A stretch of 33,224 nucleotides of DNA, from positions 1 to 33,224 of the forward strand of contig JNEM01013558.1 of the NCBI GenBank assembly GCA_000697335.1. The letters are read 5' to 3'. The translations under genes were made by a program, and so were the position numbers. This DNA comes from Conidiobolus incongruus B7586 (lineage: Eukaryota). This document shows positions 1 to 14,611 of the stretch, one piece after another (position 1 is the first letter of the stretch; the number at the start of each line of letters is the position of its first letter). The notes below the pieces were generated by a model, which saw only the letters and a program-made list of their open reading frames with translations, did not search any database and had not been told where the DNA came from.

Positions 1-2689
1 TTATTAATAATATAATATCAAATATCCTAGCTATTTAGAATTCACAAGTTAATAAATAAATATTTATTTTTTATAATATTAATTTTATAATATTTTTAAT
101 GGAAATATTAAATTATAAAGATTTAATATACCTATTTTTGAATATTTTATGATTTTTTTAAATAGTTATATTGATCTTATATTAGATTCATTCATTATGA
201 TTAACTTAATCCATAAAAAAATTTAAGGTTATTTTTTTAAACTATTAAACTAACTTTAAATCTGGATTTTTAATAATTCAAATTAAATTTAAAATCATTT
301 ATATCTTTATTTATACAATGAGAAATTGATAATTATCTAGATGACTTATATTATACGTTTTTTAACTAATAAAATTATTTTATTTTATAAAATTGATATA
401 TTACAATTATAGTTAATAGGTGGGTATAGGAATTTTATCAATACAGACATTTTTCTATAATTTAACAATATAGGCTAATTCTTTTAAATTTCCTTTTTTA
501 TATAAAAATCTCTGGAGTGGATTTCAAAATTAATAGAATAAACTATGTTTTGGTCATAAATATTATATTATATAGTTATAAAAAATAAGTACATTTGTAA
601 AATTTAAAATTGAATTTTTGAATTTAAGATCATTTAGAATTAATTATAATAAATGCATAAAGTTTAATAAAATTCATAAACAAAACTATGAAGCATAATT
701 TTAAAACATATAGCAAAAAAAGATTTAATAACAAAAATTGATAAAGCATTATATTTAGTCAGATACTATAAATTCACCCTTGCTATTTTATAGAAAAAAT
801 AATTATTTTTAAAATAAAATAAATTCCCATTAAGGAAAATAAATATTATAGTAGTCAAATAATTTTATATATACTCGCGTTTGTAACCAAATATAGATTA
901 TTCAAATTTGAGGAAATAAATTTTAAGGTTTAATATTTGTCTCAGTTAATTTTAACCAAAATAGATTTATCATAATTTTTAATATAAAATTGAATTAGTG
1001 ATAAAATCTTGATTTTATTATTATATATAATTTAACATCTCCACATATTATAAGATATCTATCAATATTTCATTTTTAATAGATATTTTAATTATTTATA
1101 TAAATTAGAAAATTAATATATTGAAAGAAAATTAATCTCTATTATTATAAAGTCAAATAATTTTAAAATCAATTAAAAATTAAAATTTTCCATTAAATAA
1201 AAATAAAAATATAAATAGATTATCATATAAAATAGAATATGTAATTAACATTAATAAAGTAAAACTATATTATAATTTATTTAATTCAATTAACAAATCA
1301 AAAAAATCCTTTAATGGTATATTCCTACAAAGTCATTTTTTATATCTTTATATTTTAAATCCAACTAAATTAAAATTAATCTTTAATCCTGTTTTCCTTT
1401 AAATTTATCAATTCTTAACTCATTATATAAGGAAGGAAAACATATTTTTTTAAAAAATAGATTAGATTAAAATCTATATCTAACAGTCTAATAAATCTCC
1501 AAATAAACTATATTCAAATATTATAAGTTAACAACAATACAACTTAATCTAATTATCCCACTTTCCAACAATAATATAATATATCTAAGTTGATGTTAAT
1601 TAATATAAAATACTTCAAATTAGAAAAAAAATCAGATTTATATAATATTAAAGATCTAAAAATATATAATTAATATTCATATACAATTGAATTCACGAAT
1701 ATTGTTAATAAATTTTCAATTTTATTTATAAAAATTTCAAATTTAAATCAGAAATGCTTATTCATTAATAACAATTATCTGCTTGCTTTAAAATTTATTA
1801 AAACCAATCAATACATTAGCTTACAAAAGGCTGAATATTTATCATTTAATGCATCATATTTTAATTATAAATAAAAACTAGCTCAAAAAGCATTAATTTC
1901 CTAAATTGATATTACTTCTGTTATCCTTCCACTTTAATTGGGTTAATATTCGCTATTTTTGATAAATTGGAATAAAATCAAGGTCAAGACTGAATTGATA
2001 AAATTTGTAATTCGAATTATATAATTATTAATCAATTATAATGATACTTTTTATTGTTTATATACAATAAAAATTAAGAGTATCTGTACTGTTTATTATT
2101 GAAAAAAATATGTTTTAGTATATAATAGATTATTCCTTCAAAAAATTGATGATTATAAAAAATCTTAATTGCTGACAGTTAGTTTGAAAATAATATATTG
2201 ATTCAAATTTATTCAATAAATCAATTGAAATGATTCAATTGGGAAATGGCTTTTAAGCTCTTTAATTAATAACATATTTTAAATAAACATTGTAAAAATA
2301 TTCTAGATTAATATTTGATATTAAATTGTTTAAATCAATATTATTCAACATTATTCAATATTGAATTTAATAATTATAAGCATTGCCAAGTTTGTTTTAA
2401 AATATCAAAAACTTGGCAAAATTGTCTAATTTGTTGGCTTACATTGAATCTGGTATTTTGAATAGCAAATCTTATAAAATAATTTATGATGATGCAATAA
2501 AAATTAATTTTTAATTATTGATATTAACATTTATTAGATTTAACTTTGATTTTTTGAAGATAAAGAATAATGATTATTTAGTAATCTGTGAAAAAATTCT
2601 TTAATCAACGTAAACTTAATTGAAATGATTATAAAGTATTTTTAAAATCTATATAAACTCTCTCCAAATTATAATTATTGTCCCATCAT

Positions 2690-2930
2690 ATAAAATTCAG
2701 TTGATTTCATGCAGAACTCGATTTTCATTTCAAGGTTATCATCCTTACTTCCCAGAGTAATAAAATTTAGTGAGAAATAGAAAATTCATCTATAGCCAAT
2801 ATCAATAATGTGACAACGTTACTCAAAACTTTGTACAACATCCGAAACATGAACAAGGTTAATCATGCTAATCAATCCACGATGTTTCAGTGATATTGAT
2901 ATTACCTCTGAATTTTTTGAAACCATATTT
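2690..2930 (-). repeat. Copy of a degenerate dispersed repeat family (core TTCGGATGTTGTACAA)
   Basis: The reverse complement of 2831-2846 is identical to 17980-17995. Downstream blocks GAATTT(T)CTATTTCTCA and TGATAACC recur in the same order at 18037-18052 and 18081-18088. Confidence 0.65.
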
Positions 2931-4160
2931 ATGTATACTTTATATCATCTACCTATTATTTCAAAAGATGCATTTATCTTTATTTTTCCTTTGGTATTAT
3001 ATTAATGCAAAAATTTTTAATAACGAGGTATACTAATTAACGCATGATTTCAGAAACCGAAACATCATATTTGGAGTAATGTCAAATTAAATTGTTATTA
3101 AATTCAAAAAAAATAATTATTTTAATAATTTATAGCAATTTGATATTATAAAATATTATATTTATGCTAACACAATGCATTAGCAACAAAATTATGCGGA
3201 TATCAATCTTGTTTATAAATATTTTATTTTTAGCTGAGTAAGTGAATTGTATTAATATTCTACAACAATCAATAGTGTTTAAAATAATTATATTTAATAT
3301 TATAATTTTTATAAAGAAAATATTTTATTTTTTATTCTGTTGAAAAGATATATATATATAACAAAGATTATTAATATTGATTTTACCAAAATACAATATA
3401 TATTTGTCAAGGTGTTATATTTTTCAATTATTTATAAATTAATAATTATATTCAATCAAATCTAATAAAAAAGATATATTGACATAGTTTAAAGGAAAAA
3501 TTATTTTATTTTTTAAATTGCCATAAAAAAATCTTTGCTTGAAATATAGAATATTTCCCAATAAATTAATAACTTTTATATTATATATATTGAAAAATAT
3601 TATTAGTATTAGATTAATTTTATATTATTAGAGTTTGATTTTAATAATTTAATTCTTTATCATCATATGCAAAAAATTGATTCTAAGTTTATTATAAAAG
3701 ATATAAGAGAACTTAGAGCGAAAACATTGTATTTTAATTCCTTGTAAACCTATAATAGAGAACTCTCAATTTGATTAGAATGTTATTTAAAAAGTCATTT
3801 TTTATTACATTATGTAATTAATACCCTATATTATTTGTTTTAACACCTTTTCATCTTTATAAGAATGTTTTTATTCATTTACTAATACATAATTTAAGTT
3901 TCGTATAATAATTTATAGTAAATTGATTAATTAAAAATTCTGAAATTTTTTGAAGGATTTAAATTATATCACACTATATATGGATATATATGATATTATT
4001 TTGAAAAATATTTTTTCCGATTTAATATTTTCCAGAAATTATTAAATTTAATTTCATCAATTTTTATATATTTAATTTTTCTAAAAATCAATTGAATATT
4101 ATAATCTCATTAATTTTTATAATCCTTTGTGAAATGAAAATAATATATAAATTAATATAT

Positions 4161-4495
4161 TGTCAAGAGGCAGGTGACACCCTTTTACCTAAATGTTCTT
4201 ACATCAACCTAATGTTAAAGTCATTTCCCCCTCGCATACCATCTGCTCCTGCTCAATCTTTTAATTGGCCGATAATGCTAGTCACCAGAGAATCTCATGA
4301 ATCACTTTACCAACTCACTCTATATAAGACCGGAATTAGAGCTATCCTCAAAAAGACGAGTTCGATCTGGGTCCTCCCAGCTATTTGACTTAAACAAATA
4401 AACTCCCTATCTCCTTAACAATTACCTGGGATTCCCCAGATCCCTCTCTTTTATCTAAACTACTCTGGACGCGGCTTTCCCAAGAAGTGTTAATA
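4161..4495 (+). mobile_element. Probable solo LTR of a different LTR-retrotransposon family
   Basis: Sharply bounded GC-rich island. It starts TGTCAAGAG (compare TGTTAAGAG of the chromovirus LTR), has TATATAAG at ~4321 and AATAAA at ~4397, and ends ...GTGTTAATA (possibly from ...TTAACA). Flanks TATAT and TATTT match 4/5 as a candidate target-site duplication. An alternative end is TTAACA at 4420. Confidence 0.6.
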
Positions 4496-6313
4496 TATTT
4501 AAAATTTATTAATCAAAAATGAAATATTCATTTTGAATTTTATATTTAAAAGATATAATTATAATTTATTTTAACATCAATTTTCTTGTAATTTTTTAAC
4601 ATTGGAAAAGACAAAATAATAATAAAAGTCAAAAACTAGATTTAATTTGATAATAAATTTGCAATAAGAATAATTTCAATATATACATATATATTAAATA
4701 ATTATTTATTTCAAAATCAAAATTAAGTAGATTTGATCGCACAAATTTATTAAATCAATTTATAATATTGTAATGAAATTTACTTTTTTGTCATTACAAA
4801 AGCAAACAAATTGACATCATATTTATTAATTAATATTGATTTTATCTACAAACAAAATAAAATCCTACATATTTATCAATATTAACTCAACACTATTAAA
4901 AATTCAAGATATTCATCCGATTGATTGAGCTACTAAAAAGGGGAAGCTGTTATGCTTGTGCATTCCATAATTAAAACTTAATACTTGGCTTAATATGCTT
5001 GACTAGGAATTATATTGGCCCAATTCCCATTATCCAAAATATTGATTTCAAATTATATTGTATCTATAATTATTAATAATTATTCTGTTTTTAAATTCTA
5101 TAAAATTGAAAATTTTGAATTGGTATATACTTGATGTTTTTTTGATAAACTAATAGGATGATTCGTATCAGTTATAAAATTAACCTTAGCTAAATAAGAC
5201 TAGCATATATATTTGTTAATGCTTTTTTTTCGAAAGATTGATTAGTTCTATGATACAATGTTCGGATATATCCTTATTAATCAATTTTAATTTCAATATG
5301 AAATTTATCAATTATTTATCAACGAAAATTAATACCTAATACAATCAATGGTATGCATTAAAAATTTAAGCAAATATCATTTAATGTTGTAAAAACATAC
5401 GTCAATTGATTTTATAATAATATAAATATAACCATTGATTTTGCCATTATAATAATAATGGTATGGAGTAATGCAAATGTCAATATTCATATTACTAATT
5501 AATGTTGTCAAATTTTATGGTTCAAAAAAGGAACTTAATAAATTATTATACATTAAAAACTATTAAAGAGTACGCTAAGTGATTTTAATTTACACTTATA
5601 ATACTACTTATTTGGATAAATAATTGTACATACAAGCACCATTGAATCAGCATAATTTATTTATATAATCCAAAATGTATGATGAAAAATTTTTTTAATA
5701 GATTATTTAAATAATTAATATTCTCTTTTTTAAAATTAACATTAATAATAATAGCATTATTATTATAATAAATAGTTTATATTTCTATATTTCTTATTGC
5801 TTTCAAAAAAATAAATTATTATAAATAATAAAATAATTTTTTTTTATTAAAGTAATTTTAACAAATGAAAATTATGAAAAAAAATTAAATTAAAAAACCT
5901 CTCATCATGTAATAGATTATTTAGATTTAAAGTAATTAAACTTTAAACCAGTTGAAAGTAATTTTAATAAAATCACAAGATTCTAGACTTTTATCAATAA
6001 AAAATAAAAAATATAGCTAACAAAAATGATATCAGGATATAGTTTAACTCACACTGCCCACCACCTGCTCCCATGTGGAACTGGTGAATAGACTAGTTTG
6101 ATATTATCAGTTAATTCATATTTAATAAAATATTCAGTAATCTGACTATTATCAAACAAGAAATATCCAAAATATTAATAAATCATTCAAAGTATTAAAT
6201 ATTAAAAAATGATAGAGAAAAAAATACTGTATATTCGATAAATAATATGATTAAAAATTTTATTTATATTACAAAAATATCTTCAAATTATTAGAAGAAA
6301 GTTAATTATTAGT

Positions 6314-7996
6314 TTAAAATTTAAATACATCTTTCATAACAGCTTCCATTTTGTTCCGAAAGAAACATTTCATTTCGGACCAATGTGTTGGGAAATATAC
6401 AAAGCTTCTATATAGTTGGGCAATTTCGTCCTTGGCTATCTGTACAGTGTCTGCTGGGACGGGTGGTAATGTGCAATGGTAGAATACCATAAAACAGTTC
6501 CATATAGTAAAGTACCATAGAGGACCTAGTGTGAGGTCACAGTAGCACATCAACCACTGGTAGATTTTGGAGCTTCCAATTGCTGCTTGGAAAGCTTGGG
6601 GACTGAATTTTTGTGCAACAATGCTGGGGAATGGAAGATCGTTATATTCTATTAATATGATAATGTCATTGATCATTGCGTTGAGCGTCATTGCAAGGAT
6701 CACAGAGTCAAGTGGGATATTGGTAGGAAGTACAGCATTTTGTAGGTAGTGATTGATAGGGAATTGCTTAATGATGTAGTTGATCCATTCGTCACATTTG
6801 ATCAATAACTGTTTATACTCCGCATGCCAGTATGCGTTCTCAGGATTGAGATAATTTGGGTTCTTCATCCTTTGGCTGAATAATTTGAGTCTTGACTGTA
6901 AAAAGCTCAAATAATACTCGATTGCTACTTGATTGGGCGGCAGCTTTAGAGCATGTAACTCCAATTTACTGAAGTGGCATACCTTTTGTTTCGGTGAATT
7001 TACACCGTCGTCGTTGTATTCGTGATGAAAATCCATATAGTAATGGATAGGGCAGGATTGATCAAGTTCCACAGTTGCTAAAAACGGGAGATTGTAATCT
7101 TGAAAGTAGCAAGGGCGGTCGTAAATCAGTCCAAGTGAGATGTCCTGTATGTAGATTCCCCACCAGGAACGTACCATGACTTCATAATCTAATGCAGTAG
7201 GATCATTCTCTGGGATTATCTCCCGAGGACAGTCATCGATCTTATCGAGACCGATTCGCTGAGCCAGTTGGCATCCAAGACCAGTATTCAACCAGCCAAG
7301 TTCGAATTTATTTTCTACAAGATACATGAAGGCAAGATTGAAATATGCAACACCAAGAGCCACATGATCCTTTCTGGGCTCTAGCTCGACGAGTTGCATT
7401 GCTTTATTGGCTATTTCCATTACTTGATCAATAGTGATTTTCATGGGTAAATTATCTGGATTAGGTTGCCTACATATATAGCAGGCACCAAGTGCCAAAA
7501 TACTGTACAAAACACAGGGGAATTCCTTCATAAATATGGATAATGTTGATTTATGAACAATAGTGTTTAATGGAGACATGAACTGCATATAATTTCCTAT
7601 TAGAACCATCTGTGTGTTTTCGTCGATCCATCTTATTACTTCACCCGTAGTTTCGTCAACCTTTTCTGACCAGTTGAATACTGGTAAATTGGTCTGTAGA
7701 AGTGATAAAAGAGTATTATTTGAATCTGAACTCGGATCTCCGTTGCTACTAGAAGAACTACGTCGATTGTTGCGGCTCTGTTTTGGACTTTTTTGAGTGA
7801 ATTTCAAAGACTTGGATTTGGTTTTAATGGGAGTATACCGACAAGAGATGCCGGACTGAACGCAGCGCTTACAAAATGGTTTCTCGCGGTCACAGCGCAC
7901 CTTGCGCTGACGGCAGCTATTACAAGCCATCAAAACAATTGGCTTGGGCTCCTTGGTCGACTTGAGATAATCTGATGAGGGAGGTGATAGATCCAT
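6314..7996 (-). CDS. Zn(II)2Cys6 (GAL4-type) fungal transcription factor with central fungal-TF (MHR/Fungal_trans-like) region; paralog 1
   Basis: Uninterrupted 560-aa ORF, clearly more GC-rich than its flanks. N-terminal ACNSCRQRKVRCDREKPFCKRCVQSGISC fits C-X2-C-X6-C-X6-C-X2-C-X6-C. A Ser-rich linker follows, then MHR-like motifs (GLGCQLAQRIGL...RSWWGIYIQDISLGLIYDRP). Aligns end to end with the ORF at 14612-16309. Confidence 0.95.
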   Translation of the reverse strand: MDLSPPSSDYLKSTKEPKPIVLMACNSCRQRKVRCDREKPFCKRCVQSGISCRYTPIKTKSKSLKFTQKSPKQSRNNRRSSSSSNGDPSSDSNNTLLSLLQTNLPVFNWSEKVDETTGEVIRWIDENTQMVLIGNYMQFMSPLNTIVHKSTLSIFMKEFPCVLYSILALGACYICRQPNPDNLPMKITIDQVMEIANKAMQLVELEPRKDHVALGVAYFNLAFMYLVENKFELGWLNTGLGCQLAQRIGLDKIDDCPREIIPENDPTALDYEVMVRSWWGIYIQDISLGLIYDRPCYFQDYNLPFLATVELDQSCPIHYYMDFHHEYNDDGVNSPKQKVCHFSKLELHALKLPPNQVAIEYYLSFLQSRLKLFSQRMKNPNYLNPENAYWHAEYKQLLIKCDEWINYIIKQFPINHYLQNAVLPTNIPLDSVILAMTLNAMINDIIILIEYNDLPFPSIVAQKFSPQAFQAAIGSSKIYQWLMCYCDLTLGPLWYFTIWNCFMVFYHCTLPPVPADTVQIAKDEIAQLYRSFVYFPTHWSEMKCFFRNKMEAVMKDVFKF

Positions 7997-8032
7997 TATA
8001 TTTAAAAAACGAAAACTTGAACTAGGAACTTG

Positions 8033-8042
8033 TATTTATATA
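8033..8042 (-). promoter_or_regulatory. Candidate TATA box of paralog 1
   Basis: TATATAAATA on the minus strand ~40 nt upstream of the ATG. Paralog 2 has TATAAATA at a similar position (16360-16367). Weak, because the background is very AT-rich. Confidence 0.35.
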
Positions 8043-11000
8043 TGATAAATTGGATACAAATGGATCACTTAAATTTAAATTAATTATCTTAATTTAAAGT
8101 GGATATCAATCAGGTAAAAAAGATTTTAATTAACCAAATCTTACTTCCAATAGACTGGATTCTAATAAAACTTTACAATACAAGAATTATTAGAATTTGT
8201 TGATTTGATGTGACTTGATGACAGTAACGATCAAATTGTAAAATTTAATTCATATTTAGCACCTCATCTATTATTTATATATTAATCAATTTCACCTCCA
8301 AACAACTAAATCAATTCAATCCCATAAAATCTATTTGACCATTAATAATAACTGTAGTTGTAACAAGCTAGAACCAGAAAAATTTATTCAAAACTTGAAT
8401 AATGGAAACTAGATTTGTGAACTTTTAATTTTAGATATATTTATTTGATGAGAATTATAAAAGTATAATATTCACATTTAATTTTTTAACAATATTTAAA
8501 ATGATGTCTTAGAATGGTTAATAGTCATTAATTGGATTTTTTATTATAAGTTTTTATTTAATTGTCACCATTAAATTATAATAATTATTGACATATTTGA
8601 ATTGGATTGCTAGTTATGGTAAAAGTAGTTCAATTCCGATTTTGATTAGTACTCGATTAATTTTTGTATCAAATTTATTATGGTTACAATATAAATATGA
8701 TTTCTAGCAATGCTTTGGAGAGTCATTTTATTTAGAATTAACTTGGTATTTTTGATAATGGATAATCGTCATCCATATCTGTAAAAAATGATTGCCTGAA
8801 TTTCCAGTATAGTTTTTATAACGATATTTACCTTTTTCGCCATAGTTATTTTCAATACAATTTGATTGGGTGGTTACTCAAAATGCAAATAAGCAAATGA
8901 TTTCACATTATTGAAAATTTATTTTAGGAAACTCTTCCAAAATTTGATAAAAACCAATTTTCTAACATTTTTTTTTCGATTTTTTACTAGTTTAATAATT
9001 TATATTCACAAATTTTAATGAATTTTTAATTTTCAATGTTGATTATACCTCAAAAATCAATTTTTCCTTGTATAAAGGAGTTAAATTATATTAATATATA
9101 TTAAAAGGGATATTGATTACTTACCAAAGAATTTATGACTATCCCTAATTCAACAGTACTACGGAATAAGAAGTGAAAAATATTACTAGATATAGGTCAA
9201 TGAACGAACAATTAGTTGTAAAAATAGCTATTCCAGAATTATAAAAAATATATCATTTGAACCATGGTGGTTGAAAAAGGAATACTGTTCGGACGTTGTA
9301 CGATTTAATTTAATTCTAGTTTGAATATTGACAGAATTTCTTTGACTCGTATTTTATCGAATCTACCTATAATTCAAATTAGAAGCTTATTTGTCAGTTG
9401 TTCATTTCTATTTTATGTTGTTATATAGTTTGGTTAATTTGTTTGTTTAATTATTCAATTATTAGATTAGTATTACTAGTTTTTTGTAGTCCTTTAACCA
9501 ATTTATATTCCTAATCATGCTATTAAATAATATCAATATTTTATTTAAATTGTCGCCACTTGAATTAAATTGTTATATTAATTAACCAAAACTTAAACGC
9601 AAGTGTAATTTTAGTTATGAAAAGGAACTATAGTTTTCGATTAATTATACAACAAGATATCTAATTTTCTGACTCAAGTGTATTTGTCCACCTAATCATC
9701 ATTTATAGAGTATGTAATATTTTAGATTTATATTATATTTTATATTGATACATTTAACTTAGGATTATTTTTAATTTTAGAAAAACGTTGAAACTTGAGT
9801 TTTGGCAGAATATGTACATTAATCAATAGCGTATTGATTAATTCATTTTATATAAATTTACATATTACCAATTTGTAGGTGTTAAATAATTTATCATTTA
9901 TATAAATGTGGCAGATAATTTAACAATGCATATTATTTCACAATCGGCAATATATTTAGCCTAATATTATATATTCAAGTTATATATTATATCAATAATT
10001 TATCTATGTGGCATAATGAATTTGTAAAAAATGAATTTAGTATTTTTTGGTAATAGTATTATTTTACTATGTATAATTGATATTGAAAATATTTAATTGT
10101 GATATATTAATATTATAATATTTTATTGTATTTTGAGCTTTGATTAAAAATATACCAGATATCAATTTATATTAGTTGAAAAAGTCTATTAAAATTTCAA
10201 TTTTTATCTTGAAGAATTAGGTTTAGAATTTTTTTAGAGATTAAATATTTTGATAATACTCTTATCATATTGCAAATTTGAGGATTAAAACTAATATTAT
10301 TCGTTTTTATTAATGAAGATATTATTTGAACGATCAAATCTATCGCAAGTTGGCAATTCATCCTTGCCTCATAAATATTTTTTATGAAAAATTTGTTAAA
10401 TATTTCTATATTGATTTTAGTGTATTTGTAATACATCTACTGTGCATTTGAATTTATATAGTCAATAATAACAATTTTGTTATATAAATTAATATACAAT
10501 ACAAGGTAATAACCATGGTTTAAACACCTTTAAAAAATAAGTGATAATGTTTCTAATATCATATTATATTATAATCAAAAATTCCAGAAATAAAAAACTT
10601 ATGATTATTACCAAATTACTTCATAGTGTTTCAATTATATTTATCAAATTTAAAATATTTAATATCTAGAACTTGAACATAATAAAATTAAGTCTTTAAT
10701 CTTAAGATTATTATATCATTATTGAATATAATTTAACATCATATTACAAGAACTCATTTACTATAAATATGAAAAAGTATTGAGGTATATAAAATTTTTG
10801 ATAAATTTAAAAGATCTCAAACTATAACTAGGGTAAAAAAATATTTAGTGACTTAATTTCAATAAATAACAATAATAATATCCAATAACTAATATAGTTC
10901 TCCATTTTATTAATTTTCAAATAATTAATTATATATTTAATATTATCCAAGTTCAACTGAATTAAAATTAAGGTTACACTGATAATATAAATTTGGTAAC

Positions 11001-11965
11001 AGGTTTTCATCACGCAATTATTTCCGTAAAATTTTTTCACTGAAGTTGGGGACATTGAGCAATTTTATTAAACATCTTAATTATGTTAATACCTCAAATT
11101 TTATAACAAAAAAAGCTCTATGTATTTTAATAATTTTATGAAAATAATGAAAATTTGACTCAATAAATTTAATTTATTCAAATCATTTTCGAATTTAATA
11201 ATTTAAATGGGCTTAGGAAATTCTTTAAGACTATGACGACTTAAAAAAAATGAAGAATTCAAGTTTTCTTGTTAAAACCAGGTTTTATATTGAATAAGGT
11301 AATTTGCCGTATATCCACATTTTGGAATTTTACACTATAAATGTTGAACAATTTGAAATTTTGTGGGGTACTTTAAATCCGTTTCATTACTCCCCTGATT
11401 AAGGTATTTGTTCATTTGTTGAATTGAAATTAATAATCAATCTTTCATATATTTATCCAAAAATCCAAATATATAATTACATATTATTTTGTTAAACTAT
11501 ATCTTCTATTTTTGTATTTAATGACTCATAAATCTATTTTTTATTTTTTTTTCAGTTTTATATTGATAAATTTAACATCAATTATATATTAGGTCTTATT
11601 TCATAAATTTGGTATAGTGCAACTCAGGAATTAATGTCATAATTCTGCAGAAATATATATTTTTTTTCACGTGATTATTTTGAGCTGGTGTCTAAACTAT
11701 CAACATATTGAAGTTATGATGTTTTAATAGCAGATATTAAAATTTAATAATTTATAAACTGTAAATTTGGATGTTTTTGTTTTTAAACAACTCTTGGAAT
11801 CCACTCTAATTATTAATTACTTATAAAATATTTATATAGTAATTTATCAAAAATTTAAGTTACTACTGAGGAAATCAAAAAATTATTCTGTATTTTTCAT
11901 CATTTCTCATTAAAAAAATTTACTCACCAAATTATCAAGTAACACTCAATAGTTGTCACAAAGTA

Positions 11966-12358
11966 AGTCAGCTGAAAGAAATTGATGATGTAATGTGTAA
12001 AGATTCTGAGTCTTTTCGTTTTTAATTGTAAAATCTGACTAATGGTGTATGACTAAGTATTCAGTGTTTCAATATTAAGGTTATTAAGTTTTTGAAAGAT
12101 TAATTTATGTTATTAATAAACTGGATTCACTGGATATTGATAATCAATTCATTAGTTACACTATATGTTTTGTGATTTTCTTGGTAAGATAGTATCAAAA
12201 TGTGCTTTGGAATTTTCGAGTTAATGAAAGTTTGATCCTTACACTTCGACTTAGCTACAGTCTAAATTAAATTAGAATACTAGCAGCTTATCGGTATGTT
12301 AACAAATTTCAAGTTATTGACGAACTAAATTGAATTTATCTGATGAAACATCCAAAAT
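11966..12358 (+). repeat. Homology block duplicated at 20128-20578
   Basis: AGTCAGCTGAAAGAAATTGATGATGTAATGTGTAAAGATTCTGA versus AGTCAGGTGAATAATGATGATGTAATGGGTAAATTCTGA. Then GGATATTGAT (12132/20315) and AACATCCAAAAT (12347/20567) in the same order. Confidence 0.65.
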
Positions 12359-14290
12359 ATCAAAATCGTCTCACCATTAACTAAAATAATAAAGTAAATA
12401 CCCGGTCCATATAGAAAGTTTAGGTTCTAACAAGTCCTAAATTGATGTGAAATGATTTGATTTGATAATAACAGAACATATGGATCATCTTATGGTTAAA
12501 AGTTTATAGCTTTCAAATTTATTCTAGAACTTCAGAATGTTAATCGGAATTATGTCCATTTCAGTTACTAAAATTGCAAAATTTACCAAATTTTAGCTTT
12601 ATCTCAAAATTCATAATTGATCGATCATTTCATATAGCAGCATATTCAACTCAAGATCCTTAAGAAAATTATTTAATTTTTAAAATTGATCAAGTAATAT
12701 GAGCTTTTATATGTTAATAAATATAAGTATATTTTGAATAATTATATTTATCAATAGAATTGTTAAAAAAAATTTGGTAAATATATAATTGTCAATAATC
12801 AATACTCAATATTTAGAATTTAGTTTAATTAAAAATTTGATATATTTTATATCGATTATATATGATCGAATATAAAACAAAATTATAATATATCGGATGT
12901 CGACCTCTATATAGAAATTGCAAAGCTTTAAAGTTAAGGATATATTAGCTATAATTTATATAAGTCTAGATGTTTGATTTAATTCTGTATTACCTGACTC
13001 TGTATTTTGGTATTTATTTACCAATTTCAATATTATATAGTAAATTGGAAATAAAAATTAAAAAAAAATAATTTTAATTATTTACTAGAGAATAAGGAAA
13101 AGTGTGAGAATTAATTATAATTATTATTCTCTTAGTTTAATTTAAAAATTAATATTCCAATATAATTTTAATATTGAAATTAGTAATTAGATCTGAATTA
13201 ATTATATTTTGTTAAAATGCCATTAATAATTAATATCTGAATGTACCAGAAAATGAGTTATGATGGAAGAATTTAATAATCATAATTATGGATCATTTAT
13301 TCAGGATTTGATTTATCCTTTAACTGTTTACATAGTAAATAATTATCAAAAAATATATTAAAATCTGTGATTGTAAAAAATCAGAAATTAAATAGTATGA
13401 GATTATCAAGTTTCACTTATAAGGGTTGCAGCTTTATATAAATATAAACTTACTATAAATATTTATCGAAGAGAATATTAAATAAATTTTTGATCATTCA
13501 TAACTTAATTTCATAAATAATTATTCTATTCTTTGATTGCTTTAGGTTGATTAAAACCTGGCAAAGCTGAATACTATAAGATTTCTTAGTTGATAAAACA
13601 TTGATTACGTTAATAAATTATATAAGTCCCTTCAATTATATTTACCTGTTTAAGAAATAGATAGTTGATATTAACAGTTGTTTTTGTTATATAAGTTCTA
13701 ATCATATAATAAAAAAAAATCTATAGTTTACTTGATATTACAATTTTAAAATAATAATTTTGCACTTTACTAAAATAAAAATTGCTCAAAATCCGAAGTA
13801 ATTATTGTAGTCACACAAATCAAAAACTAATGGCAAAAAAATGTAATAATTGGTTATTTTATAAAAACGGCAATGATCTCAATTGGAAATAAGCAATAAT
13901 TAAAATAATTTTGTTTTAATTGATTTGTATAATATGCAATATAATTATAAATTACGATTTAGGATATTATTAAATATTTTAAATTTTTAATATTAAAAAT
14001 TAATTGTACAACTTATTGAAATTCATTTCCTTCACTTCACTTTCAACTAAAAGTAATCAAACTTAAAGTAATAATCCACAACATGTTATCAACATAATAA
14101 CCAGATAAATTATATTAAACATGTTTTAAAAGGAATTTGATTGGCTCAGACGCGCCATTAATGAGTCAAGATACATGGATTATACACAAGTTATAATATT
14201 TGGTTTGATAAATATGGTTACCAGCAATTGTTAATCAAGTGGATGGGTTCGTGGTGATAATTGAAAACAATTCAAATTGTTGAAATATGT

Positions 14291-14363
14291 ATATGAATAT
14301 GAATATGAATATGATTATATTAATAAAATGAAAGAATTAATAATAAAATAATTATCATTATTA

Positions 14364-14386
<23 letters not shown>
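14291..14386. repeat. Simple repeats: (ATATGA)4 at 14291-14314 and (TA)n at 14362-14386
   Basis: Directly visible. Confidence 0.85.
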
Positions 14387-14396
<10 letters not shown>

Positions 14397-14611
14397 CATT
14401 TTTATTATTAAAATTTTTAGATGAAAATTTTTATTAAAACATTTAATTAAATTAATGCGCATATTTTTTAAATTATTAAATTTTTTTTAAATCCGATTAT
14501 TTTTAATTATAAAAAAATTATTAATAATTATATTATTAAATATTAAATAATATTATTTTTATGATAATTAATTAATTAAATTTATTTTTTTTTAAATAAA
14601 ATGTATAATGA

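Noticed and set aside
2660..2810. Methyltransferase-like words in a minus-strand frame (IIDIG...VLHEIN*IL)
   Set aside because: The spacing is far too short for a class I SAM methyltransferase and the frame has stops.
4092..4388. 98-aa ORF
   Set aside because: TTG start in AT-rich DNA running into the solo-LTR-like island. No recognisable domain.
6567..7975. Three 60-aa plus-strand ORFs
   Set aside because: Antisense shadows of TF paralog 1.
10197..11055. 79-aa and 75-aa minus-strand ORFs
   Set aside because: Ile/Asn/Lys/Tyr-rich translations typical of chance ORFs in AT-rich DNA.
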